Origin: Candidatus Saliniplasma sp.
Lineage (GTDB): Archaea; Thermoplasmatota; Thermoplasmata; Halarchaeoplasmatales; Halarchaeoplasmataceae
DNA: 55,152 bases
Direction: 5' to 3'
Assembly: GCA_048622455.1 (NCBI GenBank)
Contig: JBMCUO010000002.1
Coordinates: forward strand, 1 to 55,152
Below, piece by piece: positions 1 to 7,818 of this stretch. The first letter of the stretch is position 1, and each line of letters opens with the position of its first letter. The position numbers were made by a program, and so were the translations under genes. The notes below the pieces were generated by a model. It was given only the letters and a program-made list of their open reading frames with translations, did not search any database and had not been told where the DNA came from.

Positions 1-2
1 AG

Positions 3-173
3 ATTGATGACCAATTATTATACACATCTTACACGTACATCTACACTAAAAGAGAGATCGACTTGAAAGAGCATCTAAAGAACACATTAAAGATAACTAC
101 TGACAGGCGTATATACAAAGCATCGAAAAATATCGCAGAAAACAATAACATCAAATTGGAGGACATAACATGA
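3..173 (+). CDS. 3' end of an ORF entering from the left edge (partial, unknown function)
   Basis: Frame is open from nt 3 to TGA 171-173 (...NIKLEDIT*). The stop overlaps the next ATG (ATGA at 170-173). Missing from the ORF track because there is no start in the window. Confidence 0.4.
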   Translation: MDDQLLYTSYTYIYTKREIDLKEHLKNTLKITTDRRIYKASKNIAENNNIKLEDIT

Positions 174-820
174 AACTGCACGAAGAAAATAAGATAAAAG
201 AAATATTTCGAAACCTAGATGAATATCTCAACGAAAAAGTTACAGCCTACCTTTTAGGCGGTGGTGCCATGATCTATCACGGGTCAAAAACCGCAACGAA
301 AGATATAGACCTAGTTTTAGACGATTATAACCAATTAACGATTCTTTCAAATACTTTAAAGAGAATCGGGTACGAAACCGTAACGGAATTAGAAAACCAA
401 TATGAGAAACTCGGAGCTAAGACTGTACTGGAGAAAGATGGTCAACCTAGATTTGATATTTTTCTCAACATCGTTTGTAAAAAACTGGGACTTTCAAAAA
501 CCATCAAGGAGCGTTCAACCGAAGCTTTCGACTTAAATAATCTAACGATCAAAGTACTTTCAAAAGAAGATATTTTTCTTTTTAAGGTTGTAGCTACTCG
601 AGATAGAGATATCGAAGATGCAAGCATATTAGTAGAAACTGGACTCAACTGGAAAATAATCTTGAAAGAGACTGAGGCACAATCAAAAATAACCGATAGG
701 AGATGGTTTCCTATGCTGTATCAGGTGATTGAAGAACTAGAGGAAGAATATTCACAAACATGTCCTGTCAAGGAAGAAATCTATCAAAAGGCTATCGCCG
801 ATCTAGAGGACATTCAATGA
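170..820 (+). CDS. Nucleotidyltransferase-fold protein (minimal NTase, AbiEii/DUF6036-like)
   Basis: N-terminal LLGGGAMIYHGSKTATKDIDLVL matches the Gly-rich loop plus DxD signature of pol-beta-type NTases. Translationally coupled to the upstream partial ORF. Confidence 0.5.
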   Translation: MKLHEENKIKEIFRNLDEYLNEKVTAYLLGGGAMIYHGSKTATKDIDLVLDDYNQLTILSNTLKRIGYETVTELENQYEKLGAKTVLEKDGQPRFDIFLNIVCKKLGLSKTIKERSTEAFDLNNLTIKVLSKEDIFLFKVVATRDRDIEDASILVETGLNWKIILKETEAQSKITDRRWFPMLYQVIEELEEEYSQTCPVKEEIYQKAIADLEDIQ

Positions 821-920
821 AAAGCACTTTCCTATCATCTTTGAAAGTAGTGTGAGAACTCTCATGACCAAACGAGTCCCCTGAACTTACACCAACCTCT
901 ACCGAAAATCATTTACCCGT

Positions 921-1427
921 ATGCTTCTATTCACCTCGACGATGAACGAGCGTAAGATCGTGAGGAGGATCTCGTTCAACAAATCTAGTTTATGGCAGGG
1001 AGTTTCATTCATAGCAACTGCTATCGGGGTAGTGATAGCTTTTTCTAACCTCACCCTTGGTGATGCACGCACGTTTTTCGGTGTTCCTATATCTGTCTTG
1101 GTGATGACCTTAGCTATCGTATCATCCGTGGGAACATATTTACTTTCGAAATACCAAGAGATCATCATATATGAGGACGGTTTTCTATACAGATTTACTC
1201 CCTTCCGAAAGTACGATATCGAATTTTCTGAGGTCTATGACATAAATGTGATCAGCAAAGGTCTCAAAAAATACAGACTGGAATTCGAAATGATCAACGT
1301 AGAGGACCAAACCATCAAGTTCAGCCACGTCGACGATGTGAAGTTCAACGAAATAAAGAACGCCATCATAAGTACCTGGAAGATAAGAAAAGGGTATTAT
1401 AGAAGAATTCCACCTCCTAGCCTGTAG
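921..1427 (+). CDS. Hypothetical membrane protein (2 TM plus a C-terminal soluble beta-rich domain)
   Basis: Two hydrophobic helices (WQGVSFIATAIGVVIAF, ISVLVMTLAIVSSVGTYLL) followed by about 90 aa of soluble sequence. No recognised motif. Confidence 0.4.
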   Translation: MLLFTSTMNERKIVRRISFNKSSLWQGVSFIATAIGVVIAFSNLTLGDARTFFGVPISVLVMTLAIVSSVGTYLLSKYQEIIIYEDGFLYRFTPFRKYDIEFSEVYDINVISKGLKKYRLEFEMINVEDQTIKFSHVDDVKFNEIKNAIISTWKIRKGYYRRIPPPSL

Positions 1428-1570
1428 AAAACTTTACGACAACACCTAAATTACTCATGAGTAAATAAAACACCCTATGTCACCGAGGATAAATAGATCA
1501 CTCTTTTAGCTAACACATATGAAATCCCCAAAAGTCACTTCCTCAATACGACCTACTAGTTTACCGATAA

Positions 1571-1588
1571 ACTTATTAGTTAATAAGT
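1571..1588. promoter_or_regulatory. Inverted repeat ACTTATTA-GT-TAATAAGT, candidate operator overlapping the A/T-rich promoter of the wHTH-MNT/HEPN operon
   Basis: Perfect 8-bp arms with a 2-nt spacer, ending 15 nt before ATG 1603. Confidence 0.35.
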
Positions 1589-1602
1589 AAATAAATAAAA
1601 CT

Positions 1603-2262
1603 ATGAAACAGCTTCCGAAAAAACAAAGGAAGATAATCGAACTCTTAACATCCGGTGAAAAAACTCTAACCGAACTGGCGAATTCACTGGGTATAAGCAA
1701 ATCCGGAACGTTAAAGCACCTTAAACAGCTGACCGAATCCGAAGTCATCTTAAAAAATATCAATACCACTGCAGAAGGTAGGGAATCGGTATACACTCTC
1801 AACAGATACACCTATTTCTTCTCGATAAATCCCTACACGGGATCCATCATAGAGTTCGATACACACCAAGTTTTCGAACTTGAATACCTACTTCTTGAAC
1901 AGGTACCACAAGAGCAGTTCAGAAACGAGTTAAAAATACTGTTCAAAGCCCTTAAGAACCCTCCCTTCACCATACTTTACGGGTCCACAGCTAAAGGAGA
2001 AGCCACTTGGAAGAGTGATATCGATATGCTTTTCTTAAAGGAAGAGTGGAAAGATCAAGAGTCGATACTCAACACCATCTCCGACACCAACATGGAGATC
2101 GAACATCAGATCAAACCGGAATTCAGAACCTTCTCTCAGTTTAAAAAAGATACGACTTTGATGGATGAGATAAAAGACGATGGAATAGTTATATATGGAG
2201 AACTAGATGAGCGTCCGGAAATATGGAAGAAGCTGAAGAGATACAGGAATTTTACAGGTTGA
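1603..2262 (+). CDS. wHTH (ArsR-like) fused to a minimal nucleotidyltransferase (MNT)
   Basis: N-terminal wHTH (RKIIELLTSGEKTLTELANSLGISKSGTLKHLKQL). MNT signature LYGSTAKGEATWKSDIDMLF. Confidence 0.7.
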   Translation: MKQLPKKQRKIIELLTSGEKTLTELANSLGISKSGTLKHLKQLTESEVILKNINTTAEGRESVYTLNRYTYFFSINPYTGSIIEFDTHQVFELEYLLLEQVPQEQFRNELKILFKALKNPPFTILYGSTAKGEATWKSDIDMLFLKEEWKDQESILNTISDTNMEIEHQIKPEFRTFSQFKKDTTLMDEIKDDGIVIYGELDERPEIWKKLKRYRNFTG

Positions 2263-2603
2263 GCATCCAATATCTAGATGCAGCGAAGTCTAACTTGAAA
2301 TCAGAACTTATCGAACCGGCAATGTTCAACAGTATACATGCTTTAGAACTAGCTCTGAAAGCAGCTTTGATCAAGAAAACTGGTAACAAATTTAAAACTC
2401 ACAACATTGGTGGTGAGTTCGGTAAACATTTTAGAGAGATAGTTGGTAAAAAGAGATGCAGGAGGATCAATAGGATATTGATGAAATATAACTTCCCTAG
2501 GTATCCAGAACAACCGACACCTACGAAAGAAGAGGTTGAACAAAATATAACGTTCATTTCAGATATGATAGAACACGATATCTACCGTTTGCTCGATCGA
2601 TGA
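2223..2603 (+). CDS. HEPN domain protein, partner of the MNT
   Basis: All-helical 126 aa with HEPN-like layout (AAKSNL..., HALELALKAALI, KTHNIG, C-terminal R...Y helix). Overlaps the MNT gene by 40 nt. Confidence 0.6.
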   Translation: MEEAEEIQEFYRLSIQYLDAAKSNLKSELIEPAMFNSIHALELALKAALIKKTGNKFKTHNIGGEFGKHFREIVGKKRCRRINRILMKYNFPRYPEQPTPTKEEVEQNITFISDMIEHDIYRLLDR

Positions 2604-2816
2604 ATATACTACCGGATAACGATTCGACAGGCACGACTTTCTGAATTTTCTATGATCAGAAGTTAATGCACCTCTCATCGTCCTTTCTGATTTAAACCGT
2701 TATTCAAAATTATTTTAGTTGGTCGGTGTCAATCATCGTTACAGATCACCTCATCATCTATAATCCGTATCTCATCTTCTTTTTCCATCTTTTGTAAAAC
2801 ACTTCGAATCCATTCC

Positions 2817-3746
2817 TCATCTTATCACATCATAATCTTTAGCGATCTCCAAGTATTCTTCCCAGCTCGGTAAAAATTCCTTTTTCCGTTCCCGGGAATC
2901 CAAAAAGGCCTTCAAAGCCTGAAAATGCTTTTTTAATCCATACACCTCGACCAACTCCATCATCTCTTCCGGCATCTCTTTTTGGTAGAGCAAACAAGCA
3001 TACGTGTTGTACGTGACGCTGTTCTTATCTATCAATATCGTATGTAGAATGACCTCCCTTACATCCGGTTCCCTGTGTGTCACGAAGTAATAATTTTTGT
3101 CGGTGATTATCGGAAGGCCATATTCAAAGAACCTGCTCACAGCAGTTCCCTTTACTCCTTCAACATCGATATCCTCGGAAGTTTTAAAAAGGAATTCGAA
3201 ACCCATCTGCCATAAGATATTGCTATCTTCAGCCAATCCTTTTGCTTTCTTTTCGTTAATATACACACAATAGCTTTTTACGAAATCAGAAACGGTTCTT
3301 AAATCACCATTCAAGACGTATTTACTCCGAGCCCTTTTAACGATACCCACATCCAAAAATTTCTTCAACCGACTTCTTATGTATTGTCTGGAAAGACCGG
3401 TTAAAAAAACTATATCTTTTATCCTCTTAGGTTCAAATAGAACTCCAAGGATCTTCAAACCAGAATGTGAAAACAACTCTTCGATATCCCAACCCGGATA
3501 CTCTTTTACAATAGTCTGTAAAATCGATGAATGCGAGGTATCTGCTCTCTTCACATAAACTTTCTTGCCTTCTCTTTCTCTGACGAACAAACCGTTCCCC
3601 TTTTCCAGAGATCGGGAGATGTATTTGGAAACAGTGGATATATCCAGTCCGGATTTTTCAGATAATTCAGACATTGAGTTCTTCCTATCCAATGCCTTGA
3701 ATATCTTAAGTTCGGTGGTAGATATCATATGTAAAGTAATAGTCAA
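2817..3746 (-). CDS. Tandem winged-helix protein with a C-terminal uncharacterised domain
   Basis: Two wHTH-like segments (TELKIFKALDRKNSMSELSEKSGLDISTVSKYI; RIKDIVFLTGLSRQYIRSRLKKFLDVGIV) followed by about 160 aa of unknown sequence. TATATATA at 3751-3758 lies just upstream on the minus strand. Confidence 0.55.
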   Translation of the reverse strand: MTITLHMISTTELKIFKALDRKNSMSELSEKSGLDISTVSKYISRSLEKGNGLFVREREGKKVYVKRADTSHSSILQTIVKEYPGWDIEELFSHSGLKILGVLFEPKRIKDIVFLTGLSRQYIRSRLKKFLDVGIVKRARSKYVLNGDLRTVSDFVKSYCVYINEKKAKGLAEDSNILWQMGFEFLFKTSEDIDVEGVKGTAVSRFFEYGLPIITDKNYYFVTHREPDVREVILHTILIDKNSVTYNTYACLLYQKEMPEEMMELVEVYGLKKHFQALKAFLDSRERKKEFLPSWEEYLEIAKDYDVIR

Positions 3747-3917
3747 TTCTTATATATAGTATTTTTCTAATAGTTTACTAAACTTTAGTATTTCATAGAT
3801 TAAACGGTCGTTCTACGATAATAACCGATCTTTAAAGAAAAAAGAAAAAGGGTTTTGGTCATTCGTTTCACTCTTCGAGTTCTCCAGTACCTTCGAATGT
3901 ATCTTCTTCGATGGGTT

Positions 3918-4223
3918 CTAGTTCTTCCTCTTCTTCACCGAATTCTTCTTCCGTTGATGCTGGTGCTTTACCGCCTTTTTTTGCCACTGCGAATATAGCT
4001 GTGATAAGAGCGCTAACAACGAGATGATAACTCCTACTAGACCGTGGTTCTGTGACGTAGAGACACCTCCATCCTGTTCAACATCTATGATTTCTTGTAT
4101 CACACTTAGTTCATCTGGGTTGATAGATGCTAGCTCATCGATAGAACTTATATTTGCATCGGTGATACCGTTTTTTCCGTTAAACCGTCTTAGGTTGACT
4201 TTGAGAACATTTTTATAAATCAC
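3918..4223 (-). CDS. Small hypothetical protein with one hydrophobic helix (zero-frame product)
   Basis: ORF-track translation. The basic tail KKAVKHQHQRKKNSVKKRKN looks like an out-of-frame reading of a GAA-rich acidic tail (see the slippery site below). Confidence 0.3.
   Translation of the reverse strand: MIYKNVLKVNLRRFNGKNGITDANISSIDELASINPDELSVIQEIIDVEQDGGVSTSQNHGLVGVIISLLALLSQLYSQWQKKAVKHQHQRKKNSVKKRKN
3975..3981 (-). other. A_AAA_AAG heptamer in the zero frame (candidate -1 frameshift site or indel site)
   Basis: Minus strand reads TGG CAA AAA AAG GCG. The -1 frame continues GGC GGT AAA ... and stays open to TGA at 3868-3870, encoding GGKAPASTEEEFGEEEEELEPIEEDTFEGTGELEE. Confidence 0.3.
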
Positions 4224-4251
4224 CCCCGCTACTTAATATGAAGGGAGTAAC

Positions 4252-4977
4252 ATGGAATTAAAAATAATAACTCCAAGTGAGAAGAGAGAGGGTGCAGGAG
4301 CGACCGTGAAAAGATTGTTCCCAACGTCCGAGATCGAATCCTTGGACCCGTTCGTGCTTTTTGACGAATTTTTCGTTCAACCGGATGTTGGATTTCCCGA
4401 ACATCCGCACGGAGGGTTCGAAGCCATCACTTACATGATCAAAGGATCGTTCAGACACAAGGACAACATGGGTAACGATGAAATGGTATCCAAGGGTGGG
4501 ATACAGAAGTTCACCGCTGGGAGAGGTATAGTGCATTCCGAGATGCCCGGAGACGAAATGAGTCAAGGATTTCAGCTCTGGGTCAATCTACCCAAAGAAA
4601 AAAAAGACATCCAACCATCTTATCAAAAGCTGACCTCGGATAAAGTGCATGAAACACAAGAAAAAGGTATCAATATACGTCACGTGGTTGGGACATATTA
4701 TCCTATAGAATTCGAAACTCCGATCGAATACTTAGACATCCATATGAAAGAAGGTTCTTTAGGATCCATACCTATAAACAGCGGATTTGAAGGGTTCGTC
4801 TATATCTATCAAGGGAAGGTAAAGGTTCAAGAACAAGTGATAGAAAAGGGAAGGGCTGCCATTTTAAAAGATATGACTGAATTGAACGTAAAAGCAGTAG
4901 AGGATTCCAAACTGGTAGTGATCACAGGAAAACCTTTGTCAGAACCGATCAAACTGTGGGGATCTTTTGTAAAGTAA
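4252..4977 (+). CDS. Pirin family (bicupin) protein
   Basis: Signature FPEHPHGGFEAITYMIKG and the two-cupin length of 241 aa. Confidence 0.85.
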   Translation: MELKIITPSEKREGAGATVKRLFPTSEIESLDPFVLFDEFFVQPDVGFPEHPHGGFEAITYMIKGSFRHKDNMGNDEMVSKGGIQKFTAGRGIVHSEMPGDEMSQGFQLWVNLPKEKKDIQPSYQKLTSDKVHETQEKGINIRHVVGTYYPIEFETPIEYLDIHMKEGSLGSIPINSGFEGFVYIYQGKVKVQEQVIEKGRAAILKDMTELNVKAVEDSKLVVITGKPLSEPIKLWGSFVK

Positions 4978-4980
4978 CTA

Positions 4981-5382
4981 TCAATACCCAGCTTCTTTGT
5001 AATACTCGTCGGTTTCGTGACCACAATTCGAACACTCAGCGTGACCGTCGAAGTCGACCATCATCTCCTCGGCCCCACATCTCGTACATTCTTTCGGTTT
5101 CCGATCTCTATAATAACGCTTACCGAAATAATCAGATCTTTCCTCGGATTCACCTTTCCAGATACCGTAAGCGATATATAATGCACCGAATCCGATCAAA
5201 AAGAATACGATACCACAGCCCGTATAGAAGATGGTGAATTCTAGTATAGCTAATATCGTGATGAGTATCCCAAAAAATAACATACCGATCCCTATACTCA
5301 ACAATTTAAAGAACGCATATCCTTTGAACAGATTCCACAGCCCCATGTTATCCTCTCTCGAAATAATATATACATATTCCAT
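4981..5382 (-). CDS. Membrane protein with a C-terminal zinc ribbon
   Basis: Two TM helices followed by CTRCG...x12...CSNCGH. Confidence 0.5.
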   Translation of the reverse strand: MEYVYIISREDNMGLWNLFKGYAFFKLLSIGIGMLFFGILITILAILEFTIFYTGCGIVFFLIGFGALYIAYGIWKGESEERSDYFGKRYYRDRKPKECTRCGAEEMMVDFDGHAECSNCGHETDEYYKEAGY

Positions 5383-5488
5383 ATATAAACTTTGTTTTCA
5401 TCGGACATATCCAAAACATATACTTTTACAACAACATAGAAAAGCCAAAATAATTATATCACACTACATTTATGTTAGACGGGGTAAG

Positions 5489-6328
5489 ATGTCAGGAATT
5501 CATTTCATGAAAACGGAGGAGTTGGAAGAAATTAAGGATTTTTACACGAACAAGATCGGCATGGATATATGGGTTGACCAGGGTCAATGTGTGATTTTAA
5601 AACACGGTAACATGCTGTTGGGTTTCTGCGAGGCAGATGAACCCGATACTGATGGTGTTATCACGTTCTTTTACGAAGATAAGAAACAGGTCAACGAGAT
5701 GTACGACATGTTCGAAGACAGTGTGGAAACTAAACCGAAAGAGAACGAGACATACAACATCTACAATTTCTTCGCTAAAGATGTCGAGGGACGGACCATC
5801 GAATTTCAAACCTTCCTTCACCCGTTAGAGCCGTACATAGACGCTGTAGAACTTCTCGAAGGACGGAGGAGTGTCAGAGATTTTGAAGAAAAAGAGGTTC
5901 CAGAGAACGTTCTAAAAGAGATCTTCGAAACCTGCAGGTACGCGCCGACCTCGAGGAATTCACAATCGTATTATTTCATCCCTATCCATGACCGGGAAAC
6001 CATCGAGTTCATGGCGGAGAGAAGAGCTCCGAACAGTGCACCCATAGCTGAAGCGCCCATGGCAGTAGCGATCTGCTGCGACCCAGATAAAACAGGTCGG
6101 GTTGAACAGGACGGAGATATAGCCGCTTATCATTTCATGCTTACAGCATGGGCCCATGGTTTAGGTACATGCTGGATAGCAGCCATGGACAGGGAAGATG
6201 TGAAAAACAGATTGGGTATCGAACAGGAGCATTATGTCGCAACCGTAACCCCGTTAGGATATCCCATGGAGATCCCTAAAACACCTTCGAGAAAACCTTC
6301 TGAAGAGTTCGTAAGGGAACTCATTTGA
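5489..6328 (+). CDS. Glyoxalase/VOC-like domain fused to a nitroreductase-family domain
   Basis: Start moved to ATG 5489 (MSGIHF...) because the track's N-terminal extension overlaps the opposite gene. The C-terminal half carries RRSVRDF, APTSRNSQ and GLGTCW nitroreductase motifs. Confidence 0.7.
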   Translation: MSGIHFMKTEELEEIKDFYTNKIGMDIWVDQGQCVILKHGNMLLGFCEADEPDTDGVITFFYEDKKQVNEMYDMFEDSVETKPKENETYNIYNFFAKDVEGRTIEFQTFLHPLEPYIDAVELLEGRRSVRDFEEKEVPENVLKEIFETCRYAPTSRNSQSYYFIPIHDRETIEFMAERRAPNSAPIAEAPMAVAICCDPDKTGRVEQDGDIAAYHFMLTAWAHGLGTCWIAAMDREDVKNRLGIEQEHYVATVTPLGYPMEIPKTPSRKPSEEFVRELI

Positions 6329-6971
6329 AGATCTCTCCAGTCTCCCTATACCAAAGAAGTAAGTCTAGATGAGCTAAAGGTATATCGATCTCTTCAGAAA
6401 AGCTTTCCATCTTTTTCTCTATCTTCAGATACCTTTTTTCTGTCAAAGTTTTCGGTATCCCGTCGATGACACCCATCTCATCGAGATTCTTGAGTATATG
6501 TCTATCCAGGATGGCGAGTTCATCTCCTTTACCGATGTTCCTTAGAAGATGACTAGCCTCTTTCATACCGAGTCCTTTGACGTTTCGAACGATCCAATCT
6601 CGAGCTTTTTTCTGGTCTGAGAACGAACCTATCTTTTCTTTCAATGAGATACTACCCTCAGAAGCAAATTTCTCTCGTGCATCTACAAGATAACCTGCTT
6701 TGTTGAACCGGAACCTCACTTTTTTGATCTCTTCAGCGATCTCCTTTTCCTCACCGGACAACAGCATCTCCTCATCTTTAAGTTTCTTCACCGTGTCCCA
6801 GCATACCCTAGCTTTGGATTGAGGCGTGAAAAGGCAGAAGGTCAACTCGTGGAATATCCTTTCATCTTCCTGTTTCCAAACATCTGCGAATTCGTCTAAC
6901 CTCGATTCTATCTCATCCCGGATCTGACCGTAATTCTCCCTCAGTTCCTGGACCTTCTTTTCATCATACAT
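6321..6971 (-). CDS. ogg: N-glycosylase/DNA lyase, archaeal Ogg2-type 8-oxoguanine glycosylase
   Basis: HhH-GPD core GLGMKEASHLLRNIG ... LAILDRHI (catalytic Lys/Asp context). 216 aa. Confidence 0.8.
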   Translation of the reverse strand: MYDEKKVQELRENYGQIRDEIESRLDEFADVWKQEDERIFHELTFCLFTPQSKARVCWDTVKKLKDEEMLLSGEEKEIAEEIKKVRFRFNKAGYLVDAREKFASEGSISLKEKIGSFSDQKKARDWIVRNVKGLGMKEASHLLRNIGKGDELAILDRHILKNLDEMGVIDGIPKTLTEKRYLKIEKKMESFSEEIDIPLAHLDLLLWYRETGEIFK

Positions 6972-6982
6972 ACTCTTTCCAA

Positions 6983-7429
6983 CTACAGTATATCAGCTAC
7001 CTCTTCACAGATATCTTCCAAAAGTTTCTCATCTTCATCTGTGAAAGGTTCTTCTACGTGGGAATCTATATCAAGTTCACCGGCGACTTTGCCTTCTTTG
7101 AATATGGGTATAACTATCTCTGATCTTACTTTCGGACTGCAGGAAAGATAATTGTCCTCGAGAGAAACGTCCTGGACAGTGAATGTTTCTTCTCGATCTG
7201 CTGCCTGTCCACATATACCCTCACCAAAATCTATCTCGGTATGCTCAGTCGCATCTCCGACGTACGGACCTAGAACTAACCTACCTTTTTCAACGAGATA
7301 AAACCCTACCCAGTCATAATGTTCAACTTCATCGACCAATAATCTACAGATGGCTCTCAATTTTTCATCTTTACTCAATTTATCGCCTAACAGTTCTTCG
7401 ACTTTCTTGATTATCTTACGGTAATTCAT
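6983..7429 (-). CDS. GAF-domain protein, free methionine-(R)-sulfoxide reductase-like (COG1956)
   Basis: WVGFYLV...GPYVG...GICGQAA...SEIVIPI...ELDIDS pattern typical of the fRMsr/YebR family. Confidence 0.65.
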   Translation of the reverse strand: MNYRKIIKKVEELLGDKLSKDEKLRAICRLLVDEVEHYDWVGFYLVEKGRLVLGPYVGDATEHTEIDFGEGICGQAADREETFTVQDVSLEDNYLSCSPKVRSEIVIPIFKEGKVAGELDIDSHVEEPFTDEDEKLLEDICEEVADIL

Positions 7430-7433
7430 GATC

Positions 7434-7775
7434 TCACCCCTTTCGCAGTTTTACCCATTTATCGACGACTCTCCTGAGATGGGGTATGGTTATAGAGCCC
7501 CCTACCACCAATCCTATGGAAAAGGCTTCCTGGATCTCATCATCGTTTACTCCCTCCTCGTAACACCTGTTCAGGTGGTATTCGATACAATCGTCACATC
7601 TCAGTACTAGAGATGAGATCAATCCTATCAACTCTTTGGTTTTTCTGGACAACGCACCTGCTTCATAAACTCTATTGTCTAGGTTGAAAAATCTCTTGAG
7701 GTCAAGGTTACCTTCTTCGAGAACAAGGTCGTTCAATCTTTCTCTCTCCTCTTCGAAATCTTCTCTTCCTTCCAT
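7434..7775 (-). CDS. Carboxymuconolactone decarboxylase / AhpD-like family protein
   Basis: CxxC-H motif (LRCDDCIEYH) in an approximately 110-aa all-helical protein. Confidence 0.7.
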   Translation of the reverse strand: MEGREDFEEERERLNDLVLEEGNLDLKRFFNLDNRVYEAGALSRKTKELIGLISSLVLRCDDCIEYHLNRCYEEGVNDDEIQEAFSIGLVVGGSITIPHLRRVVDKWVKLRKG

Positions 7776-7818
7776 ATCACTTTATGAAACCATTTCACTT
7801 TAAGTTTTACTCATGTTC

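Noticed and set aside
1506-1811. 101-aa minus-strand ORF
   Set aside because: It overlaps the promoter and the wHTH-coding start of the MNT gene in antisense. It has no motifs and a hydrophobic shadow-frame composition.
5231-5488. N-terminal 86 codons of the 365-aa track ORF
   Set aside because: The extension overlaps the convergent Zn-ribbon membrane gene and translates to low-complexity sequence. The first plausible start is ATG 5489. The same reasoning trims 9235-9357 (DASS transporter) and 19969-20148 (mbhL).
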